A stretch of DNA of 63,080 nt, filler included, from Choristocarpus tenellus KU-1152 (GCA_964200185.2; 10 parts of 10 records of this genome joined end to end with filler, not necessarily neighbours in it), one strand, 5' to 3'; counted from the first letter of the whole stretch, positions 1 to 12,774 are shown. A program made the numbers and translations. Notes: a model not told the origin generated them from the letters alone.

Positions 1-69
1 GTGTGAGGCTTCACACCTTCTTATCTTCACTACCAACAAATAGCATTACCTCCCAAGGTAATTTGCACA
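1..69 (-). mobile_element. Terminus of a repeated element (putative LTR start, TGTGCAAA...) in a TDP1 intron, running off the window
   Basis: Reverse complement of 1-69 matches 36901-36969 with 1 mismatch. Homology stops sharply at TGTGCAAATT in both copies. LTR identity is inferred from the TG start. Confidence 0.6.
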
Positions 70-445
70 GTTACCGCTGAATGATTCTCACACCGGCGAA
101 TTCTACACTACACCAGGGTTAGGGGTGTGCACCAATCGCCATCACACGCTGTGTTCACCGCATTTCTTCAATAACCCTAACCCTAAACAACCAACGCACA
201 TCGGCAAAGGGCCAGAGAAGGAAGAAAAAAAAAACAGGGAAGAGGGGCACAACAAACTGAAACGTGGATTTGATTTGCACCAAAAAAAATAAATAGGGAG
301 TAATGAGTCACGTTTAGAATAAGCGCAAATTGCACCAAGATATCGCAAGCAAGTACCAATGCAAAAGAGTACAACCATCGACACTAACAGAAAAAAAATG
401 TGCATATTGCGATCCAATCTACCATCGAGCCGGGTGAGCTCTTAC

Positions 446-3400
446 CCGCCTGATGACCACCCTCTCAAAGATGTCCGTACGCCTTCCACTGTTGGCCACA
501 CAAGTTGAAGATGGTCCCTACAGCTCACCTTGGGCTTACTCGGTCCCCTCTGTGCCATGAAGGAATTGGTGAGCTCATCGAGAAAACCTTCCTGGAGATA
601 AGATTGGTCCAGGGAACAGAAAAATCCAGTGGGGTGATTAAGGTTCTAGGCGTTCCGGAAAGGGTGTATAACCAAGACTCCCATACTCCCTGGCCAAGGA
701 AGTCCGAATCATCATGGCAGTCCGAAGGAGATCTTCTACTGCCGCTTCAACGCCTCCCCTACATAAAACCGGGGGCAGCCCTAACAGGACATTCCTTTTG
801 ACACCCCTACACTGCGATACAGATTCCCGTGGCGGTGGAGTCAGGCGCAAACGGTAGTTCTGATATATATATATATATATATACTCCGGTATATCTTCAT
901 CACCCCACAAGGTGCAGTCTCTTCAACAGCTTCAAACAACATCCACAACGAAAGTCGGCGCTCACATCCAAAAAGAGGAAAACGCAATCCTCTCCATGTT
1001 CCTAATGGTATGTTACCATATGAACTAGAAAAAGGTGTACAGAGAGTGGTCTTCAAATTTTCCAGGCTACCGTGCATTGCACCTGCTGCTGCTGCGGGTG
1101 GGAAAAGACTCCATACTTACACAGAACACAGTGCTAGCCAACAGTACATCATGGCATGCACATGCTACTCTCAAGTGTGTGTATCTGTACAAGGGACACA
1201 AGAACATGACAGGATCCAGGGAGGTAGAGAAACAGCTGGGTATCGGAGGCAAGGAAAGGGGCTCTTACAGGAACAGTAGCCAAACTGCTGAACTGAGCAG
1301 ATATCCCATCTCTATCCCCACTGTTTGGGAAAGCTTCATTTTCGAGCAGTGCCCTCACACGCATGTGGCCATATTTGTGCAAATTCCTCCCCGTGTGATA
1401 GCCAGGTACACTGGGTACAAGGGCAGCCGTAGCGGCCGAAAAGTTGTACAGGGAGAGTGTCCTTATTTTTGTGCAGAAAAGAAAGAAACGGAGGTAGGTA
1501 TGTGTGCATTGGTTACAAGCCAGTGAAGGGAGATGACAAGGACCTGAGTCACCAACAAGTGGTGCAAAGGAGATAGCACAAAGTAAAATTCAGTTACAAG
1601 CCCCACTTAGGCAACACTTGTGACGCAGGCTCTTGTGTACTTCCTCAAAATACGATGTAAGCAACATGGTAGAGGAAAGAGACATGGCATTCTACGAATG
1701 GAAGACAAACACACTGCTTAAGACATTGATCCACACATGTAAGTGTGTGTCTCTCTTTGTAGGAGAGCACCTTGATGCACCTTGCAAATAGCCTGACCAC
1801 TTTGCCACCTAGTGCATCAAAGTAGTCCTTCAAGGTGTCCTGGGAAATGTACAAGTAGGGAGAGCAGGCGGTTGTTGCATTTACCAAGGTCGAAAGGGGA
1901 AGAGGAGGCACAGGCTGACTCAATTATATAAAAAAAATCTGGAAGACCATTCTACACTAATGGTTTGCAGGCTACAGTGATGCTTAGTCTGGCACCTCAC
2001 AGGCTGATATGTAGTGTTTCTGCAACATACTCAACAATAGTCTACAACGGAACAAAATGAAGAGGTATCCCCTGGGCCTATGTCATACGCACCTCGAAGT
2101 CATTGAGCTTTCCTTTTTCACTGCTTGAGCTGTTACTACTTGCTCCGCCCATGATGCTGCTGGCATCCCTTCTTTCTCCCTCAAGGTTTCTCCTCCTGCC
2201 TTCATTTCCATCCTGGTCGCTGTGTTTGGCACCTCCATCAACCTCTTTGGCAGGAAAGTCCTGGTACCACACACCTTGAACCATCCCTTCCCAGTCCGAC
2301 TCCCTGAAGTTTGCTGTGAACACTGCTACCCGAATGCCAGTTGCATACTTCACCACTGCCATCTTGGTGTGGTGGCAGCCGTATTGCAGCGTCTATATAT
2401 ACACAGGGAGGATCCACATTCAACCCAAACAATGGATCCAGGGCCACAGGCGAGATGATCAAGATAGGGAATGGCTGCAACATCATTTAGGGCAGAGTAA
2501 ACTGTGTATGGTGGGGAGTGGGTAGTCAGGTTTTCGTTGCCAAATATGGCTTGGCTATGTGGTAGCTCACCTCGGTTTGATGGCATGTGACATTATACTT
2601 TGAAATGTGGAGGGCGATTTTGATTCACCAAACAACCTTTCCTTCTCACCTTGGGGTGATGGCATGCGACATTAGAAGGCATTCCATCACACCTGTACGG
2701 TAGACAATCAAGCGAGAAACGGTTCAGAGATAAAGAGAAGAAGGAGAGTCAGCCAATGAGAAGATCCTTTTGCATTATGTTGCTAAGTCTGCCAATGCTT
2801 CAAACCCTTAGAGCATAACACGCACCGTCAAATGATGCATTGGTGAGCCTCAAACAACCATGCGAGGGCACATATTTCAGCAGCACAAACTGTATGTTTC
2901 TAGGGGGAGCGCAAGATTGCAAAAACAAAGTTTACTGGCTTTGTCGGACACACTCACATTCCCTGACTTCCATCATGCACCAGCACGACCTGTACTTCTT
3001 CCAACCTCAACCTCGGCACGGACTCCAGTAACCAATCGTACATGACTTGGAAGTTGCAAAGAAGCACTGAATAAAAGGGACCTGACAGCACATCGTTTAG
3101 TTTTACACAAGTCCCTTCCTGATGGTCTCCCAAGAGACGGTTCAATCGAAATAAAGGATTTCTAGGTGGACCTGCAGTCCGCCTGCGTTTGACCCTAGGT
3201 TGGTCATGCCTGGACCTCGTGCCGTAACCCTCCCCAGAGACCCCCGATTTGGTATCCACTAGACTATTTCGGATAGCCTGCTCGAGAGCTAGGTCCTGGT
3301 TGGGAGGCGCAACGATTGGCATGGTATTCGGATCCAGTACACCCTGGGAGATGGAGTCAGTCTGATCTTGACGAGTTGCCAAAGAGTTACGGATTGCTGC

Positions 3401-3463
3401 TTGGAAATTCTCTTCCTCCTCACTGTCTTGCTCCCCCTCGCTCAATATCTCAATGACGTTCAT
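446..3463 (-). CDS. TDP1: Tyrosyl-DNA phosphodiesterase 1, multi-exon, 3' part outside the window
   Basis: GT-AG exons at about 3463-2959, 2692-2650, 2394-2093, 1849-1791, 1461-1270 and 591-446 join in frame. Motifs: YGCHHTKM (first catalytic HxK), RVAVFTANF...QGVWYQDFP, LVPSVPGYH...YGHMRVR, AQFSSL, LVWPTVEGVRTSLRGWSSGG. The second HxK motif is not in the window. Confidence 0.92.
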
Positions 3464-3732
3464 CCTTCTCCCCACATTCAACTCTACGACACCCTTGACA
3501 CACCCAACATCTTTCTAACCTTGATTTTTGTTCTTTGTCGAAACTAAGGTAGGGTTAGGGCGACCTGGCCTTCAATTTCAAACAACTCGCCTTCTCAATG
3601 AAGGGGGTCTAGGTGAACGACGGAGGGGTATGTAAGTGTTCTGCTGAGAGTCTAGGAAGTGCACAAGTATGAGTGCCTAGATTCTTTGCCTGTAGATCCC
3701 TGCGGTCGATGCACGTCCGATTAGACCGAGAC
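3464..3732. promoter_or_regulatory. Putative bidirectional promoter between TDP1 and the WD40 gene
   Basis: Divergent ATGs at 3463 (-) and 3733 (+) are about 270 bp apart on one contig. No specific motif identified. Confidence 0.5.
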
Positions 3733-6368
3733 ATGGCAGGCACGCCACATATGCCGGCTAAACCTAAAGCAACCTCTGACGCTTATCTCAAGACGAAGTA
3801 CGAGCTTGTGTGCAAGGAGAGGTCAGAGATGTGTTTAGCACGTAATAAGTTTCGTTTGTGTTGCCCTTGGCCATACTTCTGTAGGGTCCAAGCCCCCTGC
3901 ACGCACCAAGAAGTCTATCGTATTTTATCGGTGGGATCCCAAATCACCAAGACCTCCATACTATAGAGGGCTTTGCCCTGGTGGAACAGTCTTATCTCAA
4001 ATGGTTGACGACCGGCATTGCCTTGTTTCGAATATCAGAGAGTGCCACTTCACCGTGTTGCCCTTTGGTCCTTGCTGGCTTGCCAGTGGTATGGGACCCC
4101 ACCTTGGTCACGAAGTAAGGCCCTACTTCTAGTAAGTTCTCTTGAGTCACCCAAGCTGTTCTTCCACTGGACGTACTGATCTTGTCACACCCATGCAGGG
4201 ATGGATTGCGACAGTCTCTCTCGGTGTTAGAACGGGACAATGAGGAACTTCGAAAAAGCGTTTACGAGTTGTCCTACATGCTCTCCATGCAGGTCTGGAA
4301 ACCCTTTCCTTTCAGAAGCAGACAATCTTTCCTTGAAGACGTGTATTCGGTACGATGTACTATACATTGCCACACCTCAGCTGCTCGTTGTTAAGGAGAG
4401 TCACCTTGGTTGCTAGCAACCTGACTGACCTTGTGAGACACCCCAAATTGCTGCTCCTATTTCTTGTACTGGTGTTGTTGTGTGTGTCACATCCAAGGGA
4501 AACTCAGGGAATGCTGCATTGTCATTGTGTGGCGCTGGGAGCCCTACCGCTCCTTCCCCTAATAGTAAGCTACTCGTTGGGTAGATGATCAACTGGATGA
4601 GGTGAAATGTAATGCTGATTGGGGCAGGATAGTATGAGTGGAGGCAGCCCCACATTGCACTTGATTGTGTGGTCTTTCTTGATTTAGTTTTTGTTTTTCT
4701 GAGTCTTTCTTGCTCTCCACCTCTGAAAGAAAACATCCCTCCTCCGCATTCCCCCGCCCTTTCCCACCCATCAGGCATGTCCAGTTGTCGTTAATTGGTG
4801 TGTTTGAGGACAACATTGAAGAATGTTATCATTGCATCCACCACAGCCCGATACTAACATGCCTCAATACCTAATTAATGTGCTCGTGCTCTCCTCCCCC
4901 AACCTCTACCTATGCATGGACTGGTGGGCCGGTTGATAACACAGGAGGTGGGCGTACCTCTGGAGCAACAACAGCAGCAGTGGCAACAGGGCAAGCACCG
5001 TTTGAACCAAGATTGGGGATAGGGAGCCACCATCACCTGGACTCACTCAGCCTTATGAGTAATGGCGGTATAGGAGGTGGTATGGTACCACGCGTGCTTG
5101 TGCCAGAAGCAAAGCTGGTGAGGGGGAAAGGGGCATCCTATGTTGTGCTGTTCTGTGCTCTGAATGGCCCATGCAATTTAAACGCAGGTTGTGGAATTGT
5201 ACACAGGAGGATTGCAAGGGTTGGGGGGAGGGAGGAGAGAGGGTACGGGTGTCAGTGGTAAGCAGAAGGTAGGGGGTTAGAGAAACACACTTTGATCCGA
5301 ACATTTTGCCGAGATGGCCGTAATCCTCTCCATCTACCAAAACACATGTTCATACGTGTAACACAGGTGGGTCACAAGGGAGCGGTGTATGTGGCACGCT
5401 ATTCCCCTTGTGATAGTCTGGTGGCAAGTGCGGGCTTTGACCGGACCCTACGTGTATGGGAGGGAGCGTACCCATACAGCCAGGTGGGCTACCTCACAGG
5501 TCACCGGCAACTCATTGGGGATCTCTGCTGGGCTGCAGATGGTCGCTCACTAATGAGCTCTTCATTTGACCAGGTAGTGTTGCGGGTCAGATATATGTGT
5601 CTTTTGAATCACTTGTTAAGTTGCAAACACAGGCAAGGACCAGGGTTATTAAAAGGAGTAGAAAACGAATTCCACCTCTCTTCTATGCCCGCATTGCTTT
5701 CTCTGTGTTCCCATTTTCCACTGAATCATTGACCGCCTATTATATTACGGTTGTCACCTTGCTGGCTAGCTTCACCCAATGTTCCAGCCTTACCCATGCT
5801 TGCTGTGCACGTACTCTTTTGTACTAGAACATCGAGAGATTAGTAACACTGCACTTATCAAGCTAGTGAGCCTCTCCCCACAATGGTGTCAATCAGAAGG
5901 TACAGCGTTCAGTCCATGCCAACGCCCTCCCTTCTTTCTCCCCTAAAACCCGCCTTTGCCTAAATGAAGGCTCCATTCTCTTCCTAATCTCACTTCCAAT
6001 TTGTTAGCCTTTTGCCCATACTGTAACCCTTCCCACTCCCCACTTCCAACTACCCTTTTCCCCGTAAGACTGTGTTGGGATGGGACACAGAGACAGGTAA
6101 ACGCATTAGCTTTTTTCGCCTGGAGGGACTTATTCAGTGTGTGAGAATGTCGTCAGAGGGGATAGCTGACCCCCTGCCTGGAGACGGCGGTGCAGGAACT
6201 GGTGATGGTGCTGGCGCTGGGGGAGGGGGAGGGCACAGAGTTGCATACGCTGGGTCTACAAGCAAAAAGGTGTATACGGTTGATGGCCGTGACCCTCAGG
6301 GTATTGTGGCCTCCTGGGCATGTGATGCCTTCGTCAATTCACTTCATGTGTTCTCCGATGCAACCAAG
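3733..6368 (+). CDS. WD40-repeat protein with N-terminal coiled coil, 3' truncated by the contig end
   Basis: Exons at about 3733-3821, 4198-4291 (LERDNEELRKSVYELS), 4946-5117, 5367-5572 (GHKGAVYVARYSPCDSLVASAGFDRTLRVWE; GHRQLIGDLCWAADGRSLMSSSFD) and 6070-6368 (TVLGWD). The exon 2-3 phase may need a micro-exon near 4381-4408. Confidence 0.85.
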
Positions 6369-6726
6369 GTGACAATTAGTCTCATCGCGTCTACGCTTCT
6401 CTTTTGTCGAAGTGGGTCTTTCCTGGATCTCGAGTAGGGATCATAACTTATTTTCATGATGAAGAATGCACAGGTGCTTGGAAGTCTACTCCATTGAATC
6501 TGTTTTGAAGTGTGCACATGTGATCCTTCCAAAATAAGAAATAAGAGCTTTCACCAGATCGCATTTCTAAGGAGATGTAGAACCTTTCCGAGGAACATAA
6601 TATGCATGTACCATCATTATACCATGTCTCTTGAGGATGACCAGGATTTTGCTTGTATCGATGTGTTACCCTCTGTTGTTACCCATGCCCTTCAAGTGCT
6701 ATAATAGGGTCAAAGTATCTTGGGGG

Positions 6727-6826
6727 NNNNNNNNNNNNNNNNNNNNNNNNNNNNNNNNNNNNNNNNNNNNTTAATTAATTAANNNNNNNNNNNNNNNNNN
6801 NNNNNNNNNNNNNNNNNNNNNNNNNN
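6727..6826. other. Artificial contig linker N44-ttaattaattaa-N44 (also 22954-23053, 27057-27156, 30650-30749, 33306-33405, 37141-37240, 39875-39974, 49292-49391, 60457-60556)
   Basis: The same 100-nt spacer with a six-frame stop core occurs nine times. Confidence 0.97.
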
Positions 6827-7476
6827 AAAATTATTAAAAGGGTTTTTTTTTTTAGGAGATGAATGGAAGTGTAGCAGCCGAAGAGATGGGGAAGGGGGGG
6901 AAAGGGGGGGGAAGCAAAGAACTGTGAACCTAATTATATATTCAAGAGTTTAAATATGGAATAATGCTCACTCTCTTGGGTGTAAGGTTTGCAGCATAAA
7001 CCGACTCTATTCAGCAAGAACACCAACGAGATTGACCTGATTATAATAAACTACAGGTAACAGAAATCAAGAAATAAATTGCATACACACACACACTGGT
7101 GTCACCATGGGACACGTGAGCTCCTACTACCTTCTCCAATGAGGTAACTTCCAGGGTTAGGGTTAGGGCTAGGAAAAATAAAAAATAAACGTACAAACGC
7201 AGTACTGCCGCAAAGCACAAGATATCAAATTCTTCAACAGGAGAAAACAGAAGAGAATTTTCTAAAACTATTCAGAAAGGGACTTCTCAGTCGCCTCAAA
7301 AAACTAAAAAAAAAACAACAACAACAACAACAACACACACACACCACTGCATATGCAAATACAAAAACACCTCAAGAACCTTTACCAAAAAAAAAAATCC
7401 CCACAGAATAATAGAAATTTCTTGGAGCTTTCCTTGTGGGCTTCCTTGAACACAATGCCCTGCTTTTCATTTCTAT

Positions 7477-10400
7477 TCACCTTAGCATCTTCTCCCATGA
7501 TGGATCCAGACCCTGCCACAGACGGAGCCCCTGCTGCGTCCCTGGATTGCTGTGCTCTTCCATAAGGTATACCTTAAATTTGTTGCCAAAATAGTCCACA
7601 AGCACATGGGGGAACTTTTAATGAGCTCAGCTCAAAACACTGTATCTACCTGGAAAAGTGTACTATACTTGTCCTCCAAAGGTTAAAATACATTAATGCA
7701 ATTTTCTTCATCATGCACATAGTCCATACTCTCCTGACCATTAGTACGCTAGCGTGTACCACGTGTATAGATGGAGGAGAAAAGAGATAAAGGAATAGGG
7801 AAAGCCAAAGCCAGTACTAAAGCCGCCTCCTTATAGCATACAAAATTTTGATCCCTAAAACCACAGAGACATAAGGTGAAAACGATACGGCCATACAATA
7901 CCAACGCCTATACAATGTACAATACCAACGCGCAATGCTTTTCTTTTTTTTAATATTGTACTGGCCTTCTCCCTGAGTTTTTTTTTGAGGTTGTCACATC
8001 CCACAGGTCCTTTAAAAGCCAAACATTCTAAAAATAAAATAATTGCGGACACAAAGTGTGCAACTAAAAACGGAACAGCCTATAAATAAAAAACAAATCC
8101 AGGCTGATTTTGTTTCTTATTCTTTTTATCCAAGTCTGCTGTATGTAAGGATGTATATGTACACACAGTACACCCCCAACAGCGAGAAAAAAACGCCTTT
8201 CAGGGATATTGAAAACCATTACACCCACACCCACAAGTAGGTGCTTCGTCCCTGATACTATATAAATAAATCAAATTAAACAAAATCAGAATACGAACTA
8301 GCCACACCCTTGCCAATCACCAACGGGTACCTAGTTTCCAGTTGCACCTCAAGAGGAGATGTTGCTCCAAACAAAACCGCACCAAAAAAAAAAAGGAAAC
8401 ACGCCTTCTAGTTGCATCAACACTATCCTTATCTCCATTCCACTGAAAAGAAATATACTCCATGAAGTACCACCTTCAACAAAAGGATGTAGCATTCTCC
8501 CCCCCCCCCCCCATCCCCCCTCTCAAGGTAGAGTCTACAATGCTTACCACAATCCCCTCGTACTTTCGGCGGCAGGCTTCATGAAATGGGGTGTCCTGTG
8601 GGGTTAGGGTTAGGGTTAGGGTTAGGGTTAGAAAGAGCACAAAACACTCGACTGTTGCAAATAAAATGTACAATATATTCATATAAATGAAATAGAAAAA
8701 TCCGTAGAGGAACGAGGAACGTGTTTTGAGGTAAAGCGACCATAGAGGTAGGCAATGTTGCACTCCACACCCTAACCCTAACCCTAACACCAACACCAAC
8801 CCCAACCCTAAGGATCCTGAGAAAGGGGGGCAAAGACACACTAATTTGTCCAATGACAATTGCAGAAAGAGCCCTTGCTTAAAAGTGTAGTACCACTTTG
8901 TGTATGGAAAGGGGGAATACCACATCTGCGTACTCTGTTGTGTAGATGAAGTAAAGTAAAGCATATTGCACAGAATAAGAAAGATGGCTTAGAGCGTGAA
9001 AGGATCCAAACCTTCCTACCTCTTGATTACATCAGCTGTCTTATGTATCTAGAAAGGGTCTGCACATAGGGGTGAAGCACATTTTTCTGTAATTTAATCA
9101 CCAGTCCAGTCTAAACTATTGATAAGTTTTAGACAACACCCACCAACACAATAAAACAATACAACCTTCTGATAAGAAACAGTCTTTTTAATTCATACAC
9201 ACATACACACACATAAATATTGTTATCATCATTTGTTCAAAGATATCTCACTCAAAAGAGTAGCATGGATTAATGATATCGCCTCTTCACACTAGGAAAA
9301 CCAAAGCACCATCGTAATTCACCATCTTGCACAACAAACCAAAACAAACCAAAACAGGGTGTTACACAACTCACTCACAAGACAGCCATGCCCTCACAAG
9401 TCAACCATGCAAAGCATGGTGCCAACAGAGTCTGTACTTTCTGCTACACAAAACACACTTACATACCCACACTGAATTCAAACATTCAAAAGATTCAACT
9501 ACCTTGACACAATTTTGTCCTTCCCCCCCCCCCCCCCTCTCCCCCTACCACAACTCCTCATCTCCTTGCTTGCAAAAAATCTTACCAGTCTATAAAATGG
9601 GACGTGCACAGACCTACCTCTCGAATGCAGCAGATTGACTGCTTACTTACCCCCCAAAAAAACTGTAGGCATCTCAAGATAAATATGGGGGAGCTGGAGG
9701 GTACATATGAAGCATACCGCTGGCGGTACAAGGTTAACCCATTATACCAACTTCAACATATCTCAAAATAATGACATCCTACAGTAAGACCAACCGCACT
9801 GCAAACATATTCTTTTTAATCCCTGACACAAAAGAGATGTGCAGCGTGACATGTACCTATACACCCAGACACCCATATACCCATATACCCACCTGAGCTG
9901 CATCCTGTGCACTGGTATCCGCTCCACCCTGAACTAGTCGCTGCACCACCTCAATGTTTCCAGAAACACACGCAGCGTGCAATGGAGTCTGCGCAAACTC
10001 ATTCCTGGAGAGGGCACAGATTTCAACATTAGAAATATCGTATCGGTTACTACTTTCTATTCTTACTCTAATTAGAAGGGAGATTGATCACTCACGTCCA
10101 AACAAGTTGATGTTGAAGTATTGCGAAGCGCTGGAGAAAAAAAAAAAAATTCCCCCCCCCAAAAAAGACTCAACCCAGACTTCTTTTTTTCCGCGTACTA
10201 TTCGGTGAGAAGAAGAAAAAAAATTATATATATATATCTACAGTTAGGGTGAAGGGGGGAGGCGCACCAGCGTTGGAAAACCTTACTGCAAATATGAACA
10301 AAGGGGTTAAAGAAGGGTCACGCTATGGAACATACCACAACCCAAATATCTCTTAGCAATAAATATACCCTCTGGCAGTGCTTTGCACACTACTCTTCAC

Positions 10401-12774
10401 GAGAAAATAGTGGTGGCAACAGATTGTGTGTACCAAAGGTCTAAGCAAGAGCACAAGAAAGTTGTCATGCATATTACACACCGGAGTAGATTTTTGGCAC
10501 AAATTAGTCCTAAGGCACAATGTACAGACTGTTGAGCCTACACAGATTTTTGAGCCTCTATATAATGTAGACAGGCATTAACTAGTCCTAAGCCACAAGG
10601 TACAGATTTTTGGGCCCATGCAGAATGTTGACCCCGTACAAGGAGTTGAGGCCAATTGATCCAGAAAACCTTTCGTCCTTTGATTCCCCTTCCAAAAAAA
10701 AGTTCGGCACATTTCTCCCCTCCCCCACAATTCTCAGAAACAAGCAACTAAACTCAATGACACTATTCCTTCATTACAGATTCGTAACTTTGTGTCAGAG
10801 CACACCATTGGAGCTAGAGTGTGTCTAAATACATCAATGAAATGTCACTGATATCACTATCCTAATTCGACCTATGGTGCAGATAATACAACCCGTATTG
10901 TGGCCTGGTGCACAGCAGATAGGTAAAAATACTTCAACTTTCCTACACGTTGGGTATGCTCCTCCCCCCCCCCAATAATAACCCACCACCACCACACAGC
11001 TAGCGAACCAGAACAAATATTTTTTTTAATGGTCATCCATGTTGGTTACACCTTACAAGCAGATGAAATTACTCTTTTGAAATGCTTCAAAAAATATAGA
11101 TCGAAATGTACCACACCTGTCCCTTGCTTCCTAACCATGGGCAAGATTAGGTGTATGGCATGCACATTCTATTCTATTCGGATGAACGACTTGAATCAGT
11201 GTGTAGATCATGATTTTTTCATTTTAAAATCTGTGAGCAACATCTCCTCCCACACAGACCCCCTTATTTCTGAACATGCTTTGTTCTGTTGAGGTGTTGG
11301 AGTGCTCTCCACAAAAAATCTTACCTGATATTGACATCGGCTCCATGCCGGATCAGAAAATCTGCAGCAATTGCCCTACCATTGAGTGCAGCCTTATGCA
11401 AGGGCGCATCTCCCACAATATTCTTTCCATTAATGACAGCACCCGCAGCAATTAAGAAATCCAGCATCTGACAACACCATGAAGGGTATTGAGCAGACAA
11501 GGGTTACAACTTATGCCATCCGTTCGAGTCTACCAGAGCAAAAACTCATTGAGGATGCAGGGCAGTGGGTCAGTCGAAAACCTGTACTTTAGCAATAGGT
11601 ATGTCTTTCAATAAGAGGGAAACTATCACACAATTCTTCACACCATGAACTACCGCTGTATCCTTTGGTGTGCAATACATACTACTGACCTCGACACGGT
11701 CAAGTTCATCAATCAAGACCAGCATTTAATGTAAACATCAAAATCGTGGAGATACAAGAAAACCAGGGCAAAAAAGAGCACCATCGCCAAAATACACCAG
11801 AGTATTCAGCCACTGATGCCTTGGAAGGGTTGCGGTAACAACTTTTAGCCTCTAACGGGAAGAACGTTCAAGTTCGGTAAAAGAGTATGAGCAGAGGGGG
11901 AGGAGGGAGGCATCACAATCAGAATACTACAGTGGTAGGAGCAAGAACAGGAACACCTTATCCTAACACCCAAGAAACTGTTCACAGACGATTTTTCCAA
12001 ACCCGCACCACACACAGTGCTCCTCTCCTGACAGTCATTGGACTCCTCACCTCAAGGGGGCTCCCGCTTTGCCCTTCCTGTCCATTCTTTTTTCCGACCC
12101 TCCTGCGTTCCCTCACCCCCGCTTTCCGACGCTTACCCTTACTGGTGTCCCCATTATCTCGGATGTACGCGCAGGCCTAGCCATTTACGAGAAACGTTCA
12201 AAGTCAAACATGGGGTGAAGCAAGGGAAGCTTAGGAGAAAAAGAACACTTCTGGATTGGTCGCAAGAAGGCAACTTGTTACGCTCTAATCCTGACAGGCT
12301 AATAAATACGGGGTTAACCTTGGGCGATGCCGACCACGAACAAATCACTGGTGAATAACCCCTTGCTTGGTTCAATGCAACCTTGCATATGAAACACTCC
12401 ACCGACAATGGAACCACCTCGAGAAGAACAATCTACAGTTCATGATCAGTTCTTGATCAGTCTGTGCTCACCTCGTGGAGAGCTGTGTCACCCAACTTGT
12501 TGGGCTTGTTGACATCCCCGCCTTGCTGGACATATTTTTGGATCTGAAAAGGGAAAAAACATCCAGCACATCAAATAACCCAACTATACCACATTCTCTA
12601 ATATACTGCATGAATCCTTAACTGAACCAAGATTTCTCAGTGCCAAATATAGATGCACTGGTCCTACTGGGAATGTCGGTCAAATCAGCGGAGATTGAAG
12701 CTAGTACAATGGATTCCTTTCTTTCTCACCTTCGACAAGCGGTTTCTGGCTGCGGCATCATGGGGCATGGACAT
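7477..12774 (-). CDS. Ankyrin-repeat protein, about 7 exons, probably complete
   Basis: Exons: 12774-12730 (MSMPHDAAARNRLSK), 12543-12472 (GGDVNKPNKLGDTALHE), about 12176-12137, 11467-11325 (GDAPLHKAALNGRAIAADFLIRHGADVN), 10004-9893 (QTPLHAACVSGNIEVVQRLVQGGAD), 8595-8548 (DTPFHEACRR), 7572-7477 (stop). The exon 3-4 phase is unresolved. Confidence 0.85.
8601..8811. repeat. Interstitial telomere-like tracts in inverted orientation: (TTAGGG)5 at 8601-8631 and degenerate (CCCTAA)n at 8769-8811
   Basis: Read directly. Shorter tracts also occur near 172, 7153, 28347-28400 and 57122. Confidence 0.85.

Noticed and set aside
6771-6782. Recurrent palindrome ttaattaattaa within N runs
   Set aside because: Artificial six-frame-stop linker. 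ORFs ending in X...LIN are artefacts.
8476-8964. 162-aa ORF with GLGLG/LTLT runs; possible chromosome end
   Set aside because: These are translated short interstitial telomeric hexamers. Only DTPFHEACRRKYEGIV is exonic, and the tracts are internal to a gene.
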